From contig NC_092376.1 in the NCBI RefSeq assembly GCF_030028105.1, forward strand, positions 178,660,080-178,724,079: DNA of 64,000 bases, in the 5' to 3' direction. Positions 35,906 to 46,635 of this stretch are shown piece by piece. Position 1 is the first letter of the stretch, and each line of letters starts with the position of its first letter. This DNA is from Mobula birostris. Its lineage: Eukaryota. The notes beneath the pieces were generated by a model. That model searched no databases. It saw nothing but the letters and a program-made list of their open reading frames with translations, and was not told the origin of the DNA. A program made the position numbers and the translations under genes.

Positions 35906-38826
35906 GTTGTAAAAGAGCGCCTGAAGGCTTTGTGTGTCAATGCAAGGAGCATTCGTAATAAGGTGGATGAATTGAAAGTGCAGATTGTTATTAATGATTA
36001 TGATATAGTTGGGATCACAGAGACATGGCTCCAGGGTGACCAGGGATGGGAGCTCAACGTTCAGGAATATTCAATATTCAGGAGGGATAGACATGAAGGA
36101 AGGGGAGGTGGGGTGGCGTTGCTGGTTAAAGAAGAGATTAACGCAATAGAAAGGAAGGACATAAGCCGGGAAGATGTGGAATCGATATGGGTAGAGCTGC
36201 GTAACACTAAGGGGCAGAAGACGCTGGTGGGAGTTGTGTACAGGCCACCTAACAGTAGTAGTGAGGTCCGAGATGGTATTAAATGAGAAATTAGAAATGT
36301 GTGCAATAAAGGAACAGCAGTTATAATGGGTGACTTCAATCTACATGTAGATTGGGTGAACCGAATTGGTAAAGGTGCTGAGGAAGAGGATTTCTTGGAA
36401 TGTATGCGGGATGTTTTTTTGAACCAACATGTCGAGGAACCAACTAGAGAGCAGGCTATTCTGGACTGGGTTTTGAGCAATGAGGAAGGGTTAATTAGCA
36501 ATCTTGTCGTGAGAGGCCCCTTGGGTAAGAGTGACCATAATATGGTGGAATTCTTCATTAAGATGGAGAGTGACATAGTTAATTCAGAAACAAAGGTTCT
36601 GAACTTAAAGAGGGGTAACTTTGAAGGTATGAGACGTGAATTAGCTAAGATAGACTGGCAAATGACACTTAAAGGATTGACGGTGGATATGCAACGGCAA
36701 GCATTTAAAGGTTGCATGGATGAACTACAACAATTGTTCATCCCAGTTTGGCAAAAGAATAAATCAAGGAAGGTAGTGCACCCGTGGCTGACAAGAGAAA
36801 TTAGGGATAGTATCAATTCCAAAGAAGAAGCATACAAATTAGCCAGAGAAAGTGGCTCACCTGAGGACTGGGAGAAATTCAGAGTTCAGCAGAGGAGGAC
36901 AAAGGCCTTAATTAGGAAGGGGAAAAAGATTATGAGAGAAAGCTGGCAGGAAACATAAAAACGGACTGTAAAAGCTTTCAGAGATATGTAAAAAGGAAAA
37001 GACTGGTAAAGACAAATGTAGGTCCCCTGCAGACAGAAACAGGTGAATTGATTATGGGGAGCAAGGACATGGCAGACCAATTGAATAATTACTTTGGCTC
37101 TGTCTTCACTAAGGAGGACATAAATAATCTTCCAGAAATAGTAGGGGGCAGAGGGTCCAGTGAGATGGAGGAACTGAGCGAAATACATGTTAGTAGGGAA
37201 GTGGTGTTAGGTAAATTGAAGGGATTGAAGGCAGATAAATCCCCAGGGCCAGATGGTCTGCATCCCAGGGTGCTTAAGGAGGTAGCCCAAGAAATAGTGG
37301 ATGCATTAGTGATAATTTTTCAAAACTCGTTAGATTCTGGACTAGTTCCTGAGGATTGGAGGGTGGCTAATGTAACTCCACTTTTTAAAAAAGGAGGGAG
37401 AGAGAAACCGGGGAATTATAGACCGGTTAGCCTAACGTCAGTGGTGGGGAAACTACTGGAGTCAGTTATCAAGGATGTGATAACAGCACATTTGGAAAGC
37501 AGTGAAATGATCGGACAAAGTCAGCATGGATTTGTGAAAGGAAAATCATGTCTGACGAATCTCATAGAATTTTTTGAGGATGTAACTAGTAGAGTGGATA
37601 GGGGAGAACCAGTGGATGTGGTATATTTGGATTTTCAGAAGGCTTTTGACAAGGTCCCACACAGGAGATTAGTGTGCAAACTTAAAGCACACGGTATTGG
37701 GGGTAAGGTATTGGTGTGGGTGGAGAGTTGGTTAGCAGACAGGAAGCAAAGAGTGGGAATAAATGGGACCTTTTCAGAATGGCAGACGGTGACTAGTGGG
37801 GTACCGCAAGGCTCAGTGCTGTGACCCCAGTTGTTTACAATATATATTAATGACTTGGATGAGGGAATTAAATGCAGCATCTCCAAGTTTGCGGATGACA
37901 CGAAGCTGGGTGGCAGTGTTAGCTGTGAGGAGGATGCTAAGAGGATGCAGGGTGACTTGGATAGGTTGGGTGAGTGGGCAAATTCATGGCAGATGCAATT
38001 TAATGTGGATAAATGTGAGGTTATCCACTTTGGTGGCAAAAATAGGAAAACAGATTATTATCTGAATGGTGGCCGATTAGGAAAAGGGGAGGTGCAACGA
38101 GACCTGGGTGTCATTATACACCAGTCATTGAAAGTGGGCATGCAGGTACAGCAGGCGGTGAAAAAGGCGAATGGTATGCTGGCATTTATAGCGAGAGGAT
38201 TCGAGTACAGGAGCAGAGAGGTACTACTGCAGTTGTACAAGGCCTTGGTGAGACCACACCTGGAGTATTGTGTGCAGTTTTGGTCCCCTAATCTGAGGAA
38301 AGACATCCTTGCCATAGAGGGAGTACAAAGAAGGTTCAGCAGATTGATTCCTGGGATGGCAGGACTTTCATATGAAGAAAGACTGGATGAACTGGGCTTG
38401 TACTCGTTGGAATTTAGAAGATTGAGGGGGGATCTGATTGAAACGTATAAGATCCTAAAGGGATTGGACAGGCTAGATGCAGGAAGATTGTTCCTGATGT
38501 TGGGGAAGTCCAGAACGAGGGGCCACAGTTTGAGGATAGAGGGGAAGCCTTTTAGGACTGAGATTAGGAAAAACTTCTTCACACAGAGAGTGGTGAATCT
38601 GTGGAATTCTCTGCCACGGGAAACAGTTGAGGCCAGTTCATTGGCTATATTTAAGAGGGAGTTAGATATGGCCCTTGTGGCTACGGGGGTCAGGGGGTAT
38701 GGAGGGAATGCTGGGGCAGGGTTCTGAGTTGGATGATCAGCCATGATCATAATAAATGGCGGTGCAGGTTCGAGGGGCCGAATGGCCTACTCCTGCACCT
38801 ATTTTCTATGTTTCTATGTTTCTATG
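35906..38826 (+). mobile_element. Young CR1 LINE with essentially complete ORF2 (EN+RT), 2 stops and 1 frameshift
   Basis: [52 protein letters not shown]. 3' stem GGTGCAGG...CCTGCACC (38761-38799) and (TTTCTATG)3 tail. Confidence 0.95.
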
Positions 38827-39048
38827 AGACGGAAGCAATCCCTGAGTCAATCGTTCAATATAAGGATGTATGCACGTAGTACTTTTAATATATGCTGTTG
38901 AAAGTTGTAGGAACAGTTTTATAGCTTCGGTGGAAACTTTGGAACAGAATAAAAAAGGCGGAATAAGCTGCGAAACTTCTTGTGTCATTGGGGCAGAAAT
39001 TACAGTTGTACACCCATAAACAGTAGACTGCCTTTCCTGGGGCCGCCC

Positions 39049-39150
39049 AGCTTTAAGATTTTCTGTTGTTATTATTGACAAGAGATCTTTGTGTCGCTGT
39101 CCACCAATCAGGATCTCAAGTGCAGCTAGAGATCCATTGCTCCACCCCCA
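39049..39150 (+). promoter_or_regulatory. Pcdh promoter with CSE-like element (CGCT core)
   Basis: AGCTTTAAGA 39049, TTATTGAC 39072, GTGTCGCTGTCCACCAAT 39091-39108, GATCCATTGC 39131. Confidence 0.85.
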
Positions 39151-39344
39151 CCGGTGAATGAAAGCAGAATCAGACGGAAACGACCCGGTATTTTACTTCA
39201 GCCTGGACGACCGTTTATTGAAACAGCCAGGACCAGTCTGTCATCTCGGCAAGACAAGGTTTGGTTAGATATTTTCGTCAGCAGTCTCTCGCAAAGCAAC
39301 CGAAGTAAATTCGTGCTTCTGGAAAAGAAAGCGGCCTCACAACA

Positions 39345-41759
39345 ATGGCGAATGTACAGGGTAAGAAAGCCTTACAGTCCCTGGGATTGCCTTTTAGTGT
39401 TATTATTTGTGCATTAAGTATGGTTTTCGGACAGATTCGCTATTCAATTCCCGAAGAAATAGAGCGGGGATCAATTATCGGTAACATTGCTGAAGATTTA
39501 GGATTAAAGGCTGGAACATTGCTCGCTCGTAGAGGACGGCTTGTCTCCGGTCGCATTAAACCATATGCGGAATTAAATTTGGAAAGTGGGGTTTTGTTTG
39601 TCAATGAGAGAACGGACAGAGAAAAACTCTGTGGATCGATGTCTACCTGTATTCTTCCTTTCCAAATTGTGATTGAAAATCCCCCAGAAATGTACCGCGG
39701 TGAATTGGAGAATGTCGATATAAATGATAATACGCCCATTTTCCCGCAACGCACCGTTGCCTTGCAGATTGCTGAAATTATTGCACCCGGCGCTCGTTTT
39801 CCACTGGAGAGCGCTCTCGATCCGGACGTGGGGACAAATGCAGTCACTGCATACCTGATCAGCCCCAATGAACACTTCAGTCTGAAAGTGGAGAACGCGG
39901 AAGAAGGCATTAAAATTGCAGAGCTGTTGTTGGAGAAACCCCTGGACCGCGAGAGGCAGGCATCTTTTCAGCTGGTGCTGACGGCCGTTGACGGAGGAAA
40001 GCCTCGGAAATCTGGGACAACTCAGGTTGCAATTACTGTGCTGGACAGCAACGATAACGCGCCGGTTTTCGATCGGAAGGTGTACAAAGCCAGCCTGCCA
40101 GAAAACACGTCCAGGGGATCCCCAGTGGTTACGGTGCACGCTTCGGATGCAGATGACGGCCTAAACGCAGAGCTAACTTACTCTTTCAGCAATCGTGCCT
40201 CAAAGGAAGTGCAGGAATTGTTCAGTTTGGATCCCCGGACGGGAGAAATTAGAGTCTTAGGAGATCTGGACTTCGAAGAGGCAAACAGCTATACAGTGGA
40301 TGTTCAGGCTGTGGACAGAGGTTCACCAGCAATTGCAGGGCATTCTAAAGTCCTAATCAGGATAACTGATGTCAATGATAACGACCCGGAAATAGAAGTA
40401 AACCTGGTGACTACAAAGGTCACAGAGACTGCGGCGCGCGGGACAGTAATCGCGATGATCAATGTACATGATCGAGATTCTGGAGTGAACGGAGAAGTAC
40501 ACTGCAAGATTCCACCACATATTCCGTTTAAGTTGCAGGCATCATCGAGCGGTCATTATAAACTAAGTACCAGTGACTCCTTAGATCGGGAAAGTACCGC
40601 ACTCTATAATATTGCTTTTTTCGCCCGGGATTCGGGATCTCCTCCTCGATCGACGAACAAAACTATCCAGATATGGGTTTCTGACGTCAATGACAACGCC
40701 CCAAGGTTTTCCCGGTTCTCTTATACAGTTTATGTGACGGAGAACAACGCTCTGGGTGCACTTATTTCCGTAGCATCTGCTGTCGATCCTGATTTGGACC
40801 AGAACTCTTACGTTTCTTACTCCTTTGTAGAGAGCCTTATCCAGGACTTACCAGTATCCAGGTATCTCAACATTAATCCTGTGAATGGTACCATTTCTGC
40901 GCTGCGCTCTTTTGATTATGAGAATATCAAAACGTTCCAGGTGTACGTTCAAGCCCGGGACGCTGGTGTACCCCCACTGAGCAGCACTGCTACGATGAAT
41001 GTAATCATCCTGGATCAAAATGACAACGCTCCGGTAATTGTTTCACCTTCAGCAGAGAGTGGATTGGCAGCTGTGGAGGTCGTGCCGCAGTCAGTGGGTC
41101 AGGGGTACTTGGTCACCAAGATCATGGCAACTGACACCGATTCTGGTCAGAACGCGCGGCTGTCCTATCAGGTGCAGAGATCCACTGATCCCGGTTTATT
41201 CAATATTGGGCAAAACTCGGGCGAAATTAGAACAGCTCGTAATATTTTGGAGTCTGATGCCACGACACAAACTCTAGTAATTTTGGTGAAGGATAATGGA
41301 CAGCCAAGCCTATCCAGCACGATTACAATCCTCCTTACAGTTACGGACAGCAACACTGAAAGAACCATTGAAAACAGCAATTTTGTAGCGAAGCCCGAAG
41401 ATTTCTCTGAACTGAATCTTTACTTAATTGTCACTTTCGGCTGCACTTCCTTTCTCTTTCTTGTCACCATCATTCTCCTGATTGGCATTAAGTGTAACAT
41501 GAGCAGAAATGTCAGCCAAGACTACAATTCACCCAGTTGTTGCTACAGCCTTGAACGTTCTAACGACAACTTTCACCTAAGACCTCAAATGAAAGAATCT
41601 TTAAATGACAATAGAACAAACTCGATGGTTTACGTACCGGAAAACCATCATTATTCTGTTTGTTTGTCTCCAGAGTCAGCGAAAAGCGATTTCCTATTTC
41701 TGAAGCCGTGCAATCCGCCAATATCTCAGGCCCGATGTCAATCTATAAATATCGGATAA
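39345..41759 (+). CDS. Clustered protocadherin, 804 aa
   Basis: SP. QIRYSIPEE mature N-terminus. CGSMSTC. 6 EC repeats. TM LYLIVTFGCTSFLFLVTIILLIGI. Tail YSVCLSPESAKSDFLFLKP. Confidence 0.93.
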   Translation: MANVQGKKALQSLGLPFSVIICALSMVFGQIRYSIPEEIERGSIIGNIAEDLGLKAGTLLARRGRLVSGRIKPYAELNLESGVLFVNERTDREKLCGSMSTCILPFQIVIENPPEMYRGELENVDINDNTPIFPQRTVALQIAEIIAPGARFPLESALDPDVGTNAVTAYLISPNEHFSLKVENAEEGIKIAELLLEKPLDRERQASFQLVLTAVDGGKPRKSGTTQVAITVLDSNDNAPVFDRKVYKASLPENTSRGSPVVTVHASDADDGLNAELTYSFSNRASKEVQELFSLDPRTGEIRVLGDLDFEEANSYTVDVQAVDRGSPAIAGHSKVLIRITDVNDNDPEIEVNLVTTKVTETAARGTVIAMINVHDRDSGVNGEVHCKIPPHIPFKLQASSSGHYKLSTSDSLDRESTALYNIAFFARDSGSPPRSTNKTIQIWVSDVNDNAPRFSRFSYTVYVTENNALGALISVASAVDPDLDQNSYVSYSFVESLIQDLPVSRYLNINPVNGTISALRSFDYENIKTFQVYVQARDAGVPPLSSTATMNVIILDQNDNAPVIVSPSAESGLAAVEVVPQSVGQGYLVTKIMATDTDSGQNARLSYQVQRSTDPGLFNIGQNSGEIRTARNILESDATTQTLVILVKDNGQPSLSSTITILLTVTDSNTERTIENSNFVAKPEDFSELNLYLIVTFGCTSFLFLVTIILLIGIKCNMSRNVSQDYNSPSCCYSLERSNDNFHLRPQMKESLNDNRTNSMVYVPENHHYSVCLSPESAKSDFLFLKPCNPPISQARCQSINIG

Positions 41760-43093
41760 CAATACCACTTCGAACTCTCTTTAAAACCAAGAAATTGGAT
41801 CAATGGGAATAAATAATTAAAGAGAACCAGAAACAAAGTCCATTGTTTATGAGGCGAAGAAATCGTATTTTAACATGAATATTGATTGCAAAATACCATA
41901 TTCAAGGACAACATTTCGCAATATTTAATCCAGACGTCGCAAACTGGCATGTTTTAACTGTTATAGAAATTCGACGATGAGTTTTTGACTCACACTCCCA
42001 AGCCCTTTGTTGTTATGTCAGCTACACCAAGCATGGTGGTCCCATGTAAGTCGTTAATTTCTAATGTGAATTAATGTGATTATAAATCTTTAGCATTCAA
42101 ACAAAGCGTTTTGTATGAAGTGTGTAACCCAAAATAATACTCCGTATTCACTCAAGAGCCGAACCATGACAGAACGGCGGTGCTGTTTCGTTGGGCCGAA
42201 TGGCGCAATTCTGCTCCTATGTCTTAAATATTATGGTTTAAACCTAACGTTCCTCGAACGATAATGGGAATAGAAATGGGTCAAGTGAAAAGCACACGAG
42301 CCACATCAAATTGTAAGCTACGATAAGGGTTATGATGATATGTTAAGCCGAAAAACGTGACAAGCAAAGCGGGAGCATTATGAAGAAAGGCAGCTGAAGT
42401 AAGAAGCCCAGTCGTCTACCATAAGGAGATAAATATCCGAATAGCGGACGGAGAATGTGGATAGTTAGATGAAATAAATAATGTAAGCATAGAAAGTGAA
42501 GATACAGCAGGAATATTAAATACATGCTTTGATTTTCTTTTTACAGTCTGTTAGGATTCAAAAAATCAACCACAGCCCTATGTCCAAATGAATTCAACGG
42601 ATTCACCACCCACTAGTTATAGAAATCTCCCCTCGTCTAAGCTCGATATGGACGACCCTCAATTCTGAGCCTGTGTCTCCTTATCCTTTATTTCTTCACT
42701 ACAGGAAACAACTCTATCTCGGCCTTTTAATATTCTAAATTGAGTAATCAGATAGAGAACAAGAAAATCATTATTAAAATTGACAGACGGGAAGACTGAG
42801 ATAAAGTTTGTTAATAGCAGAACTCTTGCCTGGAGAAGATGCAAATATAGCCAAAAGAATAAGGGCAGAATAGAGAGAACTGAAGAAAGCTAAAACAGCG
42901 AGTTACGGGAAAATCTAGTAGGGAAAATCTGAAATGAAGTAAAATGCTGGGTTTTCTGTGAATGGGAAAAATGGATTTCTGACCTCGTTGTGGACGATAG
43001 GATGATAGGTGGACGAGTGGCTATTGTTGTGATCAATGGAGTCTGCAGAAGAACTAGGCAGATGACGAGAGAGGGTAAAGAAGTGGCATATAG

Positions 43094-43230
43094 CAAACAA
43101 CAGGAATTCTGCAGATGCTGGAAATTTAAGCAACACACATCAAAGTTGCTGGTGAACTCAGCAGGCCAGGCAGCATCTCTAGGAAGAGGTGCAGTAGACG
43201 TTTGAGATCGAGACCCTTCGTCCTGACGTT
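43094..43230 (-). mobile_element. Penelope-derived terminal fragment
   Basis: caacaggaattctgcagatgctgg...cagcaggccaggcagcatct...gacgtttgagatcgagacccttcgtc. Same family as 34778-34880 and 59914-60003. Confidence 0.6.
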
Positions 43231-44713
43231 CACTAGCAACTTTGAGGTGGAATATAGTGCAGTGAAGAGTATGATCTTCCACATTGTTAGAAGGAATAAA
43301 GGCATAGACTATTTTACCAATGGGTCGAACATTTAGACATCAGACGTGCAAAGGGACTTGGGAGAACTCGTGTATTATTTTTTAAAGAATAACTTGCAGG
43401 TTAAATTGCTGATAAGAAGAAAAAAATGTAATATGAGCATTCATTTCGAGAGACTAGAATATAACAGCAAAAATGTAATGCTGAGGGATTATGACACATT
43501 TTTCATCTAGCGCTTGGAGTATTGTGAGCAGATTTGAGCCCCTTGTTTTCGAAGATTCCTTTGCTGCCGCTTGTAAGCAAAAGACGGAATTATGCTGTGA
43601 TCCACGGATATTTTCTCTTTCAATCATCACCAAACTTTCCGTGTAACAGTAACGTTCGTAGCGAATGTCATTCGGAATTTCACAGCTGCTATTGTCCATG
43701 TCGACCTTGTCACTCCAAGTGCAAACTTTGGAATAGAATCTAAAGATTGATACAATTTCTCAGAAATTAGAAACAATGCGGTAAGTAGTAAAATTATATT
43801 CACAATTATATTGGGCACGCTATCTAAGAAAAAGCTGTGCTGGCCAGAAGGTCCAGGGGGAGTATAGGACCAGAAGGCACAGCCTCCGAATAGAAGGACG
43901 TCCCTTTTAAAATAGATGAGGAAATACTTAGGGCGACGATAATAACAGACTTGGATTTATGTATAATATGCTAAAGAACAAAAGCAAAGTGTAGTATTCG
44001 CTATTATTCCAGTTGTTCTGAAGTACTGAAGAAGACAAGAGTAACATTTAGTCGATATTTGGGGGGTGTTAGTCCTTTCATTTATAAATTAATCCAACAA
44101 TCATTAATATTTGGTCTTTATTTTTAGGATCCTAGTGTATACAGTTTCTTGCTATGTTTTCTCTAGACCTTTTGAAATACTCAATAAAAGCAGCAATTTT
44201 GGTTTTGTTTCTCCAAACTAAATACTTATCCAACCATTAACACCCTCCTCTTTTCCCTGCAAGCCCCAATGTCATGGTTGACATCGTGTGCGAAATAACA
44301 CTCTAAATATATTGTATCAAACTAAAAGCATTAGATGTATGAATGTACCATGGAAATAAAAGTCCTAAATACGAGAATAAATTGTGCACAAGTATTGTTT
44401 GAATAAATGTGAACAATAATTTTCATTGCCCATTAGTCGCATTAGATTGCCGTACTAGTCACACTGTGCACTTTTTTCCAACAAACCTTAAGATTGTGTC
44501 CTTGTTTTAAAGGTAAACAAGCTGGGGATCAGTCAGTGAACAACGTCATAGTCCTGCCTCACTGAAGCACTCTTTTAAAGTGACAGTCCACAGTAAACGA
44601 AACCTATGGGTTCGTGACACTTCCCCCCAAAACAGAAAATTATGATCAAAAAGAGAAAATTTTTAACTGCAAACTACAGTATGTAAAATAATATATGTAT
44701 GGTTGCCATATAT

Positions 44714-45012
44714 AGGCATCCATTAGTCTCGTGAGACCATGGATTTGCGTCTTGGAAGGTTTCCAGGGCGCAGGCCTGGGCAAGGTTGTATGGAAGACTG
44801 GCAGATGCCCATGCCGCAAGTATCCCCTCTCCATGCCGCCAATGTTGTCCAAGGGAAGGGCACAAGGGCCGATACAGCTTGGCACCGGTATCGTCGCAGA
44901 GCAATATGTGGTTAAGTGCCTTGCTCAAGGACACAACACGCTGCCACAGCTGAGGGTCGAACTAGCAACCTTCACATCACTAGACCGACGCCTTAACCAC
45001 TTGGCCACGCAC
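44714..45012 (-). mobile_element. tRNA-derived SINE (same family as 4257-4569)
   Basis: Colinear with 4260-4566. A-box TGGCCAAGTGG and B-box GTTCGACCC on the minus strand. Confidence 0.85.
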
Positions 45013-45989
45013 CAAAAAGGTTACGATATAAAACATGGAAGAAGCGTATACAAATAGCAGATTCTACTTCACTATTAAAAATATATTGCAAGCTTAACAT
45101 CTGGAAGGACAATCTGCAATTATATTGTCCTTGCCTTTAATGTGGATTATCAGAATATCATATTCTTGCAAAATCAGACTTCAGTTTATCAATCTTCTAT
45201 TTTTGTCCTTTACGTTACTCAAAAACACCAATGGTTTGTGATCTGTATAAACCACAAGTGGTTTCTGAGCTGGGCAAACATAAACATCAAAATGCTGCAA
45301 AGCCAAGATGAGTGACAACAACTCGTTCTCTATGGTGGAATAATTTCTTTGCTGTTCATTGAAGTTCCTTGAAAGGTAAGCTACAGGATGTTCAAAATCA
45401 TTATTACCCCTTTGTAATAATACTGCTAAAGCTTCATCACTGGCATCCAAAGCTGTAGAGAAGGGTTTGCAAAGTCTGGTGCCCCGAGCACAGGTTGATG
45501 ACATAAAATGGGTTTCAATTGATCAAATGCCTCCTGACAAGGTTCTATCCAAACAAACTTTTCACCCTTCTTCAGGAGGTTAGTCAAAGGAAGAGCAATA
45601 TCAGCAAAGTTCTTACAGAATTTATGATAATATCCAACCATTCCCAGAAATCTTCGGAAAGCCTTTTTCCCAGTCGGAAGGGGAACTTCAGAAATTGCCT
45701 GAACCTTTGCTTGAACAGGAGCTAATTCACCTTGACTCACCACATAACCAAGACAGGTCACAATTGCATGGCCAAATTCACTCTTATCTAAGTTAACTGT
45801 AAGGTTGGCCTGGAACAGCTTATCAAACAGCTTTTCTACTGCAGACAGATGAGCTTCTCAGGTGTCATTTCCCTTGACCAACTCATCAATATAGGCTTCC
45901 GTATGTTCTAACCCTCAAATTACAGAATTAATCATTCTCTGGAACGTTCCTGGAGCATTGTTCATCCCAGCATCAACGGCAAAACATTG

Positions 45990-46635
45990 TGTCAGTGGTT
46001 CTTCTTTCATGTCACCTGCTAAGGCTAATAAAATGGTTTCTCTTAGTGTTATAATAAAATAGCTTCTCTGTAATTTTAACTGCTGATGTAAGGGGTTTCT
46101 CTGTAGCAGCATGTTTGGGTTATAATTAGTGAAAACGGGACTTGTATTCATTTGCTAACTAATTGGGACAGATGTTATTCTTTCTTGTGTATCTGAAAGC
46201 TGTTGTTTGCGTGGGATTTGGTCAGAACGCGCCATGGGGATGAAGAGAGGAAACGCCCATGAAGAGATGCAGTGAGCTGGCTAGCGTAGTGGACCCCGAG
46301 CGGGGGCTCGGGACCCGGCGGAGTTTGGAGGAAGTCGAAAAGTGGACAGAGGATATTGCGTGAGCTCCAACGAGTTATTTGTGCACAAACTACCTAATTA
46401 TTGTTCTTGGCGCATTTTACTTTATAGTGTGGTTCTATACTAATCCCACAGTTTAAGTAAGAGTTATAAAATCTTAATAGTTTAACAGCATACTGTGTAT
46501 GACTTGTCATTTCGGGGTACTGATTTGAAACCGGGGACACATCCCACAGCATCCACCCAAATGGGAATCCCAAGATTTGGCAGGACAGGGGGTTATTACC
46601 CCGTGATCATGCCACTAGGTAAATCGAGGATTACA
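45990..46635 (+). mobile_element. Solo LTR inserted in the Gmr1-like RT
   Basis: TG...CA ends and 4-bp TSD ATTG (45986-45989, 46636-46639). Excision restores the RT motif YEYNVLP(F)GM.NAPGTFQR. Confidence 0.88.
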
